A program made the translations under genes and the position numbers. Shown here one piece after another: positions 56,476-64,000 of a DNA stretch of 64,000 nt. The notes below the pieces were generated by a model. That model did no database searches and was not told the origin of the DNA. It saw nothing but the letters and a program-made list of their open reading frames with translations. Source of the stretch: Planctomycetota bacterium (GTDB taxonomy: Bacteria; Planctomycetota; Phycisphaerae; Phycisphaerales; UBA1924). Each line of letters starts with the position of its first letter. Position 1 is the stretch's first letter. The DNA lies in contig JAUZRR010000028.1 in assembly GCA_030950285.1 (NCBI GenBank), positions 28,064 through 92,063 on the forward strand, given 5' to 3'.

Positions 56476-58125
56476 TTACTCAAAACGCAACGCTTTCACA
56501 GGGTGCATCCGTGCCGCCCGGGCAGCCGGCACCAGCGCCCCAAACAGGCACGAGAGCAGGCCGAAGATGAGCACGGTCGCGGCTTTCCAGGGCTCGATGC
56601 TGTGGGGGATCTCCTTGAACACGTAGACCTTGGGGTCCCAGATGTACCAGTTCCAGGGAACGCCAGTGAGGGTCTGCCCGAGCCACGCGCCGCTCGCGGC
56701 GATCCCCTCGTGAATCTCGTTGATGTTGGTCACGATCGCCCAGGCCAGCAGCCCGCCCCCGACCGACCCGACCACCCCGATCGCCAGCCCGTACCGGAGC
56801 CAGAGCCACGCCACGCCCATCCGGCTCGCGCCCAGCGCCCGCAGCACACCGATGTCTTTGGTCTTCTCGCTGATCATCGCCCAGAAGATCGCAAACACCA
56901 GGAACACCGCGGTGATCGAGATGAACGTGAAGATAATGAGCACCAGCCCGGTCTCTTTCTTCACCGCCTCGATCATCATCCGGTTGGCGTCCTCCCACGT
57001 CTCGACGCCGATGCTCCCGGCGTCGGGCACGTCGGGGTGGGCCGCCGCAAACTCGGCGTAAATCGCCCGGCAGTGCTCACGAAAGGCGTCCAGGTCCATC
57101 GCGGAGGAGTCGTCGGAATCGGCCTGCCGCACCAGCACCGCCGTCACCCGGGCCGGGGCAACAACGACCTCACGCTCCGGGGCAGGTTCGGCGTCCTCAA
57201 AGAACCCGTCCAGCGGGCTGCTGACTTCGTCGCCCGACCGAACCGCCCGCTTGACCTCGTGCATCCGCAGCATCCGTTGCAGTGCCTTGAGATCCATCAG
57301 CACCGTCTTGCGGTCGATGTCGTAGAGCCCGCTCTCAAACTCGTTGGCGACCGGCAGCTTGGCGGTCCTGGCTTCCATCGGCCTGCCCCGCGAGTCGAGC
57401 GGCACGACCAGCACCGTGAGCTCTCCCCCCGCGGGCATGAAGAGGTTCTGCACCTCGCTGCTGCCGTCGGACCCGTTGATGAACTGCACCCGCGGGTAGT
57501 AGCCCCCCCAGTCGGTCCGCATGTTCCAGCCACCGACCTCGATCCCCAGCACCAGCGCGCTCTCGCGCTGCCCGGTCTCGCGGTCGATCTCGCTGAGGGA
57601 GAGCCCGTCCTTGTACAGCCGTTCGAGCAGGTCGTGGTCGGTGGGTTCGAGCCGGACATCCTCGCGTTCGGTGTCCTTCTTCATGGGCTCAGCGAGCGGC
57701 TTCCACCACAGCGTGTCGGCATAGGTCGTAACCCGTGCAAAGCTCTCGCCCTCGACGCCTCGGATGAGCACGCCCTCGGTCTTGTTCTCGAGCAGCGTGA
57801 TCATGCCGAAGGTCTCGATCAGCGGCGCCGCACCCGCGACCTCTGGGTCGGCCTCGAGCCGCTCGATCAGGTCGTCGTAGTGCGGGAACCCGACGCTGGG
57901 CCACGCGATCCGGACGTCCCCGATCAGCGACCGCCCCGCCTGGGTGAGGTTCATCAGGAACCCCCCCATCACCGACCAGGTGATCAGCACCATCGCGGTA
58001 CACAGCACCACCGCCAGCGAAGCAAGCAACGGCATGACCTTGCTGGTCAGATAACGGCGGGTGAGCAGAGCGTGGTACACGGGCAGGACTGTACGCGACC
58101 CAGCCCTCCGGGTGCCACTGGGCAA
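56476..58125 (-). CDS. ABC transporter permease, FtsX/MacB-type (LolC/E-like)
   Basis: An N-terminal TM is followed by a large periplasmic domain and then 3 C-terminal TM helices (FtsX domain, ...DIGVLRALGASRMGV...). It lies upstream of the LolD-like ATPase. Confidence 0.75.
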   Translation of the reverse strand: MPSGTRRAGSRTVLPVYHALLTRRYLTSKVMPLLASLAVVLCTAMVLITWSVMGGFLMNLTQAGRSLIGDVRIAWPSVGFPHYDDLIERLEADPEVAGAAPLIETFGMITLLENKTEGVLIRGVEGESFARVTTYADTLWWKPLAEPMKKDTEREDVRLEPTDHDLLERLYKDGLSLSEIDRETGQRESALVLGIEVGGWNMRTDWGGYYPRVQFINGSDGSSEVQNLFMPAGGELTVLVVPLDSRGRPMEARTAKLPVANEFESGLYDIDRKTVLMDLKALQRMLRMHEVKRAVRSGDEVSSPLDGFFEDAEPAPEREVVVAPARVTAVLVRQADSDDSSAMDLDAFREHCRAIYAEFAAAHPDVPDAGSIGVETWEDANRMMIEAVKKETGLVLIIFTFISITAVFLVFAIFWAMISEKTKDIGVLRALGASRMGVAWLWLRYGLAIGVVGSVGGGLLAWAIVTNINEIHEGIAASGAWLGQTLTGVPWNWYIWDPKVYVFKEIPHSIEPWKAATVLIFGLLSCLFGALVPAARAARMHPVKALRFE

Positions 58126-58208
58126 AGCCGAGTGCCCAACCGCCCGAGATACCAGCCTTCCCCTGCTCTAACCGACACCGCACCGGGCTTGCGCCCAGTG
58201 GCACCCTC

Positions 58209-59045
58209 TCACCCGCAACCGGTTGTCCACAGGTTCAGAAACGCCAGCACGTCCTGCGTATTCACCATCTGATCGGCGTTGATGTCGGCCGAACTCTCCC
58301 CGGCGGTCCAGGCGTTCAGGAACGCCAGCACGTCCTGGGTGTTGGCCATCTCGTCGTCGTTGAAGTCGGCCAAGCACCCCTCGACCGAGACCAGCGTGAA
58401 GGTGAACGTGCCCAGGGGCGGCGTGCCGGTGAAAGGGAATATGTCCGACAGGTCGTGGATCGGCTCCTGCGGATCAGTGTTCTGGTTGAACGAGTTGTAG
58501 GTCATGCCGCTGTCGGTGCCCGCGTCGTAGGGCGCGAGATGCACCACGACCTCCTCCTGCCACACGCCCCCCACCGCCAGCGGCAGCGCATCAACGCCGA
58601 CAAACCAGTCGGGGCTCGGAGCAATCATCGAAACAAGCGTGACGAGAGGGTGGGTCGTGCTGACCTCGAAAGTCATGCTCGTCGAGCCCGGCGAGCTGCC
58701 GATACCGCCGCCGGAGAGCAGGAACTCGGCGTCGCCCGACCCGATCGCGGCATTCACCTCGTTGCGGAGCATCGTCTTCGACCCGGTCTCGGCCATGCTC
58801 TCGATCCCCGGCGTCGCCAGCCCGCCGTGCTCCCAGAAGTGGATGCCGACGTGGTGGGTGCCCCCGATGAGGCCGGAGAAATGGGGGTTGTTCGGGAAGT
58901 CCTGCGGGTGGTTGTCGGCGCTCCACGTCGCGTCAAACACCACCCGGTAGGTCGCGACCGAATCGCCCGCCTGGACCGACCCGGCCGCAGCCCCCGCAAC
59001 AAGGAGAGCCAAAAGGACACGGCGACGGCTGGGGCTGTTCTGCAT
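58209..59045 (-). CDS. spondin-N domain protein with Cys-bracketed dockerin-like C-terminus
   Basis: Signal peptide RRRVLLALLVAGAAAGSVQA. Spondin-N-like motifs are TYRVVFDATWS, HFSGLIGGTH and PSPDWFVGV. The tail is GCLADFNDDEMANTQDVLAFLNAWTAGESSADINADQMVNTQDVLAFLNLWTTGCG. AAGGAG lies before the ATG. Confidence 0.65.
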   Translation of the reverse strand: MQNSPSRRRVLLALLVAGAAAGSVQAGDSVATYRVVFDATWSADNHPQDFPNNPHFSGLIGGTHHVGIHFWEHGGLATPGIESMAETGSKTMLRNEVNAAIGSGDAEFLLSGGGIGSSPGSTSMTFEVSTTHPLVTLVSMIAPSPDWFVGVDALPLAVGGVWQEEVVVHLAPYDAGTDSGMTYNSFNQNTDPQEPIHDLSDIFPFTGTPPLGTFTFTLVSVEGCLADFNDDEMANTQDVLAFLNAWTAGESSADINADQMVNTQDVLAFLNLWTTGCG

Positions 59046-59099
59046 GATCTGGTGCTCCTTGCGGCATCTTGGGGCCGGGAATGCGGGTGGTGGGCCATG

Positions 59100-59121
59100 A
59101 GGTACACACTCGTGTACCTCG
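59100..59121. promoter_or_regulatory. operator-like palindrome GAGGTACAC-ACTC-GTGTACCTC upstream of the spondin/dockerin gene
   Basis: 9-bp perfect arms, 55-76 nt upstream of ATG 59045. It matches the site at 62351-62370 at 17 of 20 positions. Confidence 0.45.
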
Positions 59122-59193
59122 ATGGGCGAACGCCGCCCCCCCGCGCCCTATTCCACGGGCCTCAGCAGTTTTCTCCACGCCGCCGCACCCGGC

Positions 59194-59217
59194 CCCCTAG
59201 CTTGAGCGAGGGGCTCT
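59194..59217. repeat. degenerate single arm of the family-A repeat, just after the stop of the FG-GAP/dockerin gene
   Basis: CCCCTAGCTTGAGCGAGGGGCTCT compared with the consensus CCCCTCGCTTGCGCGAGGGGCTCT. Confidence 0.6.
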
Positions 59218-59227
59218 GTTGGGCGCG

Positions 59228-60937
59228 TCAGTCGCAGCCGCGGGCCCACTCGTTGAGGAAGATCAGCACGTCGCGGGTGTCGTTGACGCCGTCGCCGTTG
59301 AGGTCGGCGAGAGGGTCGCCGGCGTTCCAGCCGTTGAGGAACGCCAGCACGTCGACGGTGTTCGAGGTGCCGTCGCGGTTGTAGTCACCAAGGCACCCCG
59401 GCTCGAGGGTGAGTATCTGATTGACCGCGATCGGGCCGGCGTAGCGCTCGGTGCGTGATTCGAGGCTGCCCATCCTCGGCCAGACTACCTCGACCCAGCC
59501 CACCTCGGCGGCCCCCCCGAGCCCGACGTGGGCGCGGAGGTCCTCGGTCGCCGAGGTCGAGGACCCGCTGGCGATCTCGTGGTGGTGCGTCACACCCCCA
59601 CCCCCACCCCCACCCCCACCCCCACCTGTGCGCACCCGGACGATCGCGCCGAGCGCATCGGTGGTCATGAGCCGCCCGTCACCGACGAGATCGACCATCA
59701 GCCACCCGCCGGGAGTTGTTGAGATGTTCTCGAAGAGGTTGGTCCGGGTATCGGTGCCGGCGGGGTTGCACACGACAAGGTCAGGGCGGCCGTCGTTGTT
59801 GAAGTCGATCCGGAGCGCGTTCTTGCTCTCCTGCTCGGTGCCGTTGAGGACCGGTGAGACATCTTCGAACGTTCCGCCGCCCAGGTTGCGGTAGAGCAGG
59901 TTGTGGTTGGGGCCGCTGGCAAAGCTCCCGGCGTGGAAGAGGTCGACCAAGCCGTCGTTGTCGGCATCGAGCCAGCTCACGCCCCACGCCCAGATCGACG
60001 AGACCGGGAAGACGCGCACGAGCGAGCCGCCCACGTTTTCGTAGTAGACACCCTCTGCGCCGTTGGAGATCGCCAGGTCGAAGTCGCCATCGCCGTCCAT
60101 GTCGGCTGCGCTGACGCCCATGGGCGCGGGGCCGAGGAACGTGTACCCGGCCATCGCGGCGATTTCTGCGAACCGCCGCCCCCCGCTGCCGTCGGAGACA
60201 TTCTGCAGCAGGCTCGGCCCGATCCCGGTGGTCAGCAGCACGACGTCCCCCCAGCCGTCGAGGTCGAGGTCGGTCACGGTCATCGAGTAGCAGTTGCCGG
60301 GGATGCCCAGCGCGGGCAAGACACTGTTGTCGATCTCGAAGGTCCCGTCGCCGAGGTTGCGAAAGAGCGTGAGCGCCTGGGCGGTCGCGCCGGCGTAGGC
60401 CACCAGCAGGTCGGCGTCGCCGTCGAGGTCGAAGTCAAACCACACGGCGGATTCTGGATCGTCGCCGACGGTGCGCACCCCGGCTGCGACACTCACGTCG
60501 GTGAACGCGCCGCCCCCGTCGTTGCGGTAGAGCAGCCCGGCGGTGGTGTCGTTGCCGCGCCAGCCGAGGACGTAGAGGTCCTGATCGCCGTCGTTGTCGT
60601 AGTCGGCGACGACCACCCCGCGGCCGACGCGGTTTTTGCCGTCGCCGAGGTCGAGCCCGCTGCCGGCGGTGACGTCAAGAAACGTGCGCTCGCCCGGGCG
60701 GGCGGCGTCTTCGATATTGTGATAGAGCCGGTGCTGCCCGGAGGATCGGCCGGCGATGTAGAGGTCCATCCAGCCGTCGCTGTCAAAGTCGATCACCGCC
60801 GGCCCGCCTCGGAGCGACCCCAGGTCGATCTCGCCGGACGCGACGCGGTCGAGGAAACAGAGCCCGTTGTCGCAGGTCTGGGCACCCGCGAACGGGGCTG
60901 CGAGGATGGACAGAATACCGATTGACCTCTTCAACAT
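59228..60937 (-). CDS. FG-GAP repeat / ASPIC-UnbV domain protein with Cys-bracketed dockerin-like C-terminus
   Basis: Signal peptide MLKRSIGILSILAAPFAGAQ. FG-GAP loops are DFDSDGWMDLY, DYDNDGDQDLY, DFDLDGDADLL, DLDLDGWGDVV, DMDGDGDFDLA, DADNDGLVDLF and DFNNDGRPDLV. The UnbV-like motif is AHVGLGGAAEVGWVEVVWP. The tail is GCLGDYNRDGTSNTVDVLAFLNGWNAGDPLADLNGDGVNDTRDVLIFLNEWARGCD. Confidence 0.75.
   Translation of the reverse strand: MLKRSIGILSILAAPFAGAQTCDNGLCFLDRVASGEIDLGSLRGGPAVIDFDSDGWMDLYIAGRSSGQHRLYHNIEDAARPGERTFLDVTAGSGLDLGDGKNRVGRGVVVADYDNDGDQDLYVLGWRGNDTTAGLLYRNDGGGAFTDVSVAAGVRTVGDDPESAVWFDFDLDGDADLLVAYAGATAQALTLFRNLGDGTFEIDNSVLPALGIPGNCYSMTVTDLDLDGWGDVVLLTTGIGPSLLQNVSDGSGGRRFAEIAAMAGYTFLGPAPMGVSAADMDGDGDFDLAISNGAEGVYYENVGGSLVRVFPVSSIWAWGVSWLDADNDGLVDLFHAGSFASGPNHNLLYRNLGGGTFEDVSPVLNGTEQESKNALRIDFNNDGRPDLVVCNPAGTDTRTNLFENISTTPGGWLMVDLVGDGRLMTTDALGAIVRVRTGGGGGGGGGGGVTHHHEIASGSSTSATEDLRAHVGLGGAAEVGWVEVVWPRMGSLESRTERYAGPIAVNQILTLEPGCLGDYNRDGTSNTVDVLAFLNGWNAGDPLADLNGDGVNDTRDVLIFLNEWARGCD
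59595..59626. repeat. (CCCCCA)5 hexanucleotide repeat, = (TGGGGG)5 on the coding strand, encoding an 11-Gly run
   Basis: Seen directly in the sequence, inside the FG-GAP/UnbV gene. Confidence 0.9.
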
Positions 60938-60954
60938 GCGATTCTCCCGATTTG

Positions 60955-62292
60955 GTGCCCCATACCGGGGATGTCCAACGCACTTTGCCGAGCCAATGTT
61001 CCACGCCCGCACCGGACCACGCCAACTATCTTCATACCATATTTCCTCTCCCGCTCCAAATCGGCCCGGTCCGTCTTGCGACGAATCTGATGCTCGCCCC
61101 CATCGCCGGGTGGTGCGATCTGGCGTGGCGGATGACCTGCCGCGAGCTGGGAGGCGTGGGGCTTGCCTGCACCGACCTGCTCAGCCCCAAGGGGCTGCTC
61201 TGCGGCTCCGAAGCCTCTCAGGACCTTGCGCGGACCAACGAGTTTGATCGCCCGATCGGGATGCAGCTCTACGGCTCGGACCCGGCGCTGCTGGCCGAGG
61301 GTGCCCGGTGGTGCGTCGATCATGGCGCAACGGTCGTCGATATCAACATGGGATGCCCCGTGGACAAGGTCTGCAAAAAGGATGGCGGGTCAAGGCTCAT
61401 GTGCATCCCGGACACCGCGACCGCGATCGTCGCGGCGGTGCGGGCGGCAATGCCCGATCGCGTCCCCCTGACCGCCAAGATGAGGCTCGGGTGGACCGAC
61501 GCCGACGCCGAGCAGAACGCCGCTGGGCAGCTGGCCTGCCGACTCATCGACGAGGGTGCAGCGCTCATCACCGTCCATGGCCGAACCACCGAGCAGCGGT
61601 TCAAGGGGCAGTGCCGACGCGAGGGGATCAGGCGGGTGGTCGAAATGGTCGCGGCAAAGACCGGGCGCTACACCGGGGAGCCGGGCGGGGGGGTGCCGGT
61701 CGTCGGCAACGGGGATATCCGGACGCCGGGGGATGTCGTGTCGATGCTCGACGAGACCGGGTGCGCCGGGGTCATGATCGGGCGCGGGGCGTTTGCGATG
61801 CCCTGGATATTCAGGCTCGCGTGGGCGGCGCAGTTTGACGAACAGGCAGGGTCTCACCCCACCCCTCCGAGCCCCGGACTTCAGTCCGGGGATGGTCGCG
61901 GAGGAACCGAGACGCAACAGACTCATCTGAACGCAACCCGGACTGAAGTCCGGGGCTCGGAGGTTTCGGGGGTTGTGGGTGCGGAGCCGTCTCCCGGTCT
62001 TTCGGGCGAACCCACCGAACCCGAGAAGATCGAGATTGTCAGGCGCTATTACGACCGGATGTGCGAGCACCGCAACGAGACCGCGGCACTGCACCGGCTC
62101 CGGAACAAAATTTCGTGGCTTGGCAAGGGGATCAACGGCTCGCACTGCCGCCCGCTCAAGGAGGCGATCCGCACCGCCACAACCCGCCGCGAGGTCCACG
62201 CGGCCCTCGACGCCTGGCTGGCAAGGCCGGACGCGGCGGCCGGGATCGGGTCTGGGACCGCCTTTGGGACCACCCAGGCACTCGCCGACTGA
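60955..62292 (+). CDS. tRNA-dihydrouridine synthase with a roughly 60-aa insert between the catalytic and helical domains
   Basis: Motifs LAPIAGWCDLAWR, VDINMGCPVDKV, TVHGRT and IGRGA. The start is uncertain: there is no in-frame ATG before the conserved N-terminus, and the candidates are GTG 60955 and TTG 60985. Confidence 0.75.
   Translation: MPHTGDVQRTLPSQCSTPAPDHANYLHTIFPLPLQIGPVRLATNLMLAPIAGWCDLAWRMTCRELGGVGLACTDLLSPKGLLCGSEASQDLARTNEFDRPIGMQLYGSDPALLAEGARWCVDHGATVVDINMGCPVDKVCKKDGGSRLMCIPDTATAIVAAVRAAMPDRVPLTAKMRLGWTDADAEQNAAGQLACRLIDEGAALITVHGRTTEQRFKGQCRREGIRRVVEMVAAKTGRYTGEPGGGVPVVGNGDIRTPGDVVSMLDETGCAGVMIGRGAFAMPWIFRLAWAAQFDEQAGSHPTPPSPGLQSGDGRGGTETQQTHLNATRTEVRGSEVSGVVGAEPSPGLSGEPTEPEKIEIVRRYYDRMCEHRNETAALHRLRNKISWLGKGINGSHCRPLKEAIRTATTRREVHAALDAWLARPDAAAGIGSGTAFGTTQALAD
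61864..61963. repeat. family-B inverted-repeat element embedded in frame in the dus CDS
   Basis: Left arm CCTCCGAGCCCCGGACTTCAGTCCGGG (61864-61890) and its exact reverse complement (61937-61963), separated by a 46-nt spacer. Each arm contains its own hairpin CCGGACTTCAGTCCGG. Confidence 0.85.
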
Positions 62293-62350
62293 AACTTTCC
62301 AGCAAAAATCTCTACACCCGGAATACCCGCAGTACACACCCGTTTACTCG

Positions 62351-62370
62351 GAGGTACACGAGCGTGTACC
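62351..62370. promoter_or_regulatory. operator-like palindrome GAGGTACACG-AG-CGTGTACC upstream of the TetR gene
   Basis: GGTACACG/CGTGTACC are perfect 8-bp arms with a 2-nt spacer. The site lies 37-56 nt upstream of ATG 62407. Confidence 0.5.
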
Positions 62371-62406
62371 AAGAGACCCCCCAAACCGCCTTCGAGGGCT
62401 TGTGCG

Positions 62407-62982
62407 ATGGGTGCATCCACACCAAAGCGAGACACCAAGGAAGAGCTCGTCCACGCGACGATCCGGCTCGCTTCGCGCGGCGGGATGGAAGCGGCGAGCG
62501 TCCGGTCGATCACCCGCGAAGCCGGGGTGACCGAGGGTGCGCTCTATCGGCACTACCGCTCGAAGGAGCAGCTCTGGGTCGAGGTCTACACCCGGATCGT
62601 CGAGGCGATGGCTGAGGACAAAGCGGTGCTGCTCGACGCCGATCTGCCCGCCCGCGAGCGGCTCGGCGAGTGGATCCGCCTGACTTATGCCTACTACGAC
62701 GGCAACCGCGACGCGTTCAACTACGTCCTGCTGGCGCCCAAGAGCCTCGCCGATTCGCTCGGCGAGGTGTACACGCGGCAAGGCAGACTGTTCACGGAAC
62801 TGTTTGCAAGGCTCAGCGCCAAAGGCGAGGTCCGCGAGATGGACCCCAAGCTGGCGCTGGCGCTCTTTGCCGGCATCGTGTTGACGGTGCCGCGACTGGT
62901 CAATGAGGGGGGGCTCGAGCCGTTGGCTTCGGGCTATACCGAGGAGATCACCGACGCGGTGTGGCGGGTGCTGGGCACCTGA
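62407..62982 (+). CDS. TetR/AcrR family transcriptional regulator
   Basis: HTH region LVHATIRLASRGGMEAASVRSITREAGVTEGALYRHYRSKEQL. The protein is 191 aa. Confidence 0.85.
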   Translation: MGASTPKRDTKEELVHATIRLASRGGMEAASVRSITREAGVTEGALYRHYRSKEQLWVEVYTRIVEAMAEDKAVLLDADLPARERLGEWIRLTYAYYDGNRDAFNYVLLAPKSLADSLGEVYTRQGRLFTELFARLSAKGEVREMDPKLALALFAGIVLTVPRLVNEGGLEPLASGYTEEITDAVWRVLGT

Positions 62983-63090
62983 CGCCGCAGGGAAGGTTTT
63001 GTTCATTTCAGGGCCACGGGAGTACATGCGCGTTGTGTGTGCGGGCTGTCGGTCTGTTCGTTTGGTTCGTGGGAAACAGGGAGAATCGTC

Positions 63091-63894
63091 ATGCAAAGAA
63101 CCATCACCACACTCGCACTGCTCGCCGTTGCCGGGGTCGGCACCGGGGCTGTGCACGCCCAATCGATCTCGATCACCATCGAGAACACGATGGCGTCGGA
63201 CAGCTTTTTCTTCACCCCGGTCTGGGTCGCGGCCCACGACGGGACGTTCAACACCTACGACGGCGGCGCGTTCGCCGACATGTTCGGCGGGCTGACCGAG
63301 ATCGCCGAGGGCGGCGACACCAGCGTGCTCTCCAGCCGGTTCATGGGCGACCAGCCCAACGGCCGTGACGCCACGGTGACCGCGGTCGCGTTCGACGGCG
63401 ACGCCCCGGTCTTCAGCCCCGGCGAGAGCACGACCTTCGGCCTCAATGTCGGCGACGCCAGCGTCAACCGCTACTTCAGCTTCGCGTCCATGATCATCCC
63501 CAGCAACGACCTCTTCTTCGCCAACGGCAACCCCACGGCCTACGAGCTCTTTGACGCGATGGGCAACTTCAACGGGCCCATCGTCATCGAGGTCTACGGC
63601 GGGGACGTCTACGACGCCGGGACCGAGGTCAACGACGCGTTCGGCGGCGCGGCGTTCAGCCAGAACGGCGGGATGAGCGTCGACGAACGCCTCCCGATCC
63701 GCGACTTCTTCGGCGACATGGGCGACGCCGACTATCTCACCAGCTTCGTCGGCTCAATGACCGCCAACGGCGCGACCATCGGGTCGACCTTCGGCCAGGG
63801 CGAGCTCATCGCCAGGATCACCATCGTCCCGGCACCCGCTTCGCTCGGGCTGCTCGGGCTCGGCGGCCTGGCGGCGATCCGCCGGCGGCGCTGA
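63091..63894 (+). CDS. spondin-like domain protein with PEP-CTERM sorting tail
   Basis: GGGAGAA lies before ATG 63091. The signal peptide is MQRTITTLALLAVAGVGTGAVHA. The C-terminus VPAPASLGLLGLGGLAAIRRRR has a PEP-like motif, a TM helix and an Arg cluster. Confidence 0.65.
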   Translation: MQRTITTLALLAVAGVGTGAVHAQSISITIENTMASDSFFFTPVWVAAHDGTFNTYDGGAFADMFGGLTEIAEGGDTSVLSSRFMGDQPNGRDATVTAVAFDGDAPVFSPGESTTFGLNVGDASVNRYFSFASMIIPSNDLFFANGNPTAYELFDAMGNFNGPIVIEVYGGDVYDAGTEVNDAFGGAAFSQNGGMSVDERLPIRDFFGDMGDADYLTSFVGSMTANGATIGSTFGQGELIARITIVPAPASLGLLGLGGLAAIRRRR

Positions 63895-63956
63895 TCGCGC
63901 GAGCCGCGGCTGGGAAGACATGCTCGGCAACGGCTGAATCACTCCATACTTCCTCA

Positions 63957-63992
63957 CGCGGCCGGCAGCCATGTCGGCCGCGTTTGGTTTTT
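63957..63992 (+). terminator. Rho-independent terminator after the PEP-CTERM gene
   Basis: Hairpin CGCGGCCG-(10 nt)-CGGCCGCG followed by TTTGGTTTTT. Confidence 0.6.
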
Positions 63993-64000
63993 GCAAGGCT

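Overview
This is a GC-rich bacterial chromosomal segment, analysed by eye from the sequence and the ORF track only. No BLAST, HMM or tRNAscan was run, so every family name rests on motif recognition.

The secreted-protein repertoire suggests a Planctomycetota (Phycisphaerae-like) organism; this is inference. It includes HAF and FG-GAP repeat proteins, spondin-N domains, a PEP-CTERM tail, Cys-bracketed dockerin-like C-termini, and an N-terminal LEGRQLLS motif.

I support about 46 protein genes, 1 tRNA, several hairpin terminators and two families of dispersed inverted-repeat (REP/MITE-like) elements.

Gene blocks:
- 1-5.7 kb: surface repeat proteins, small membrane proteins and a PIN-PhoH ATPase.
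- 5.9-21.8 kb: one co-directional minus-strand block with many overlapping start/stop codons. In transcription order it reads fused ccoNO, ccoQ, short monoheme ccoP, ccoG, ccoH, a DsbD_2-like membrane protein with a Cys-rich tail, ccoI, ccoS, a P1B-4-type (SPC/HEGGT) metal ATPase, then an RND adaptor and RND pump.
- 22-24 kb: an Rrf2 regulator divergent from ccoNO, convergent with a persulfide-dioxygenase-like MBL-rhodanese fusion.
- 24-29 kb: GH31 glycosidase, dnaX, ybaB and a NUDIX-like gene.
- 29-47.9 kb: housekeeping and envelope genes, namely an MsbA-like ABC exporter, GT2, a zinc metalloprotease, rlmE, a BatA/VWA protein, a frameshifted aquaporin, a TlpA-like redoxin, MoxR and a CAP-domain protein.
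- 48-64 kb: the tRNA locus, orphan nuoH, NRDE, DinB-like, GH3 and alpha/beta hydrolase genes, a LolD/FtsX-like ABC pair, two dockerin-tailed surface proteins, dus, a TetR regulator and a spondin/PEP-CTERM protein.

I did not find a defence island, CRISPR array, prophage or transposase.

Items most worth a second look:
1. dnaX is broken at an A7 run. The zero frame stops 2 codons later and the -1 frame carries the tau C-terminus.
2. A promoter- and terminator-equipped 87-nt tRNA has a long variable arm (type II, Tyr-like scaffold) but a GCA (Cys) anticodon and U73.
3. A 26-bp-arm inverted-repeat element sits at four convergent gene junctions, and a related element is embedded in frame inside dus.
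4. A near-identical 20-bp palindrome lies upstream of the TetR gene and of a spondin/dockerin gene 3 kb away.

Two genes (dnaX and the aquaporin) break inside homopolymer runs, so sequencing error must be excluded before interpreting either.
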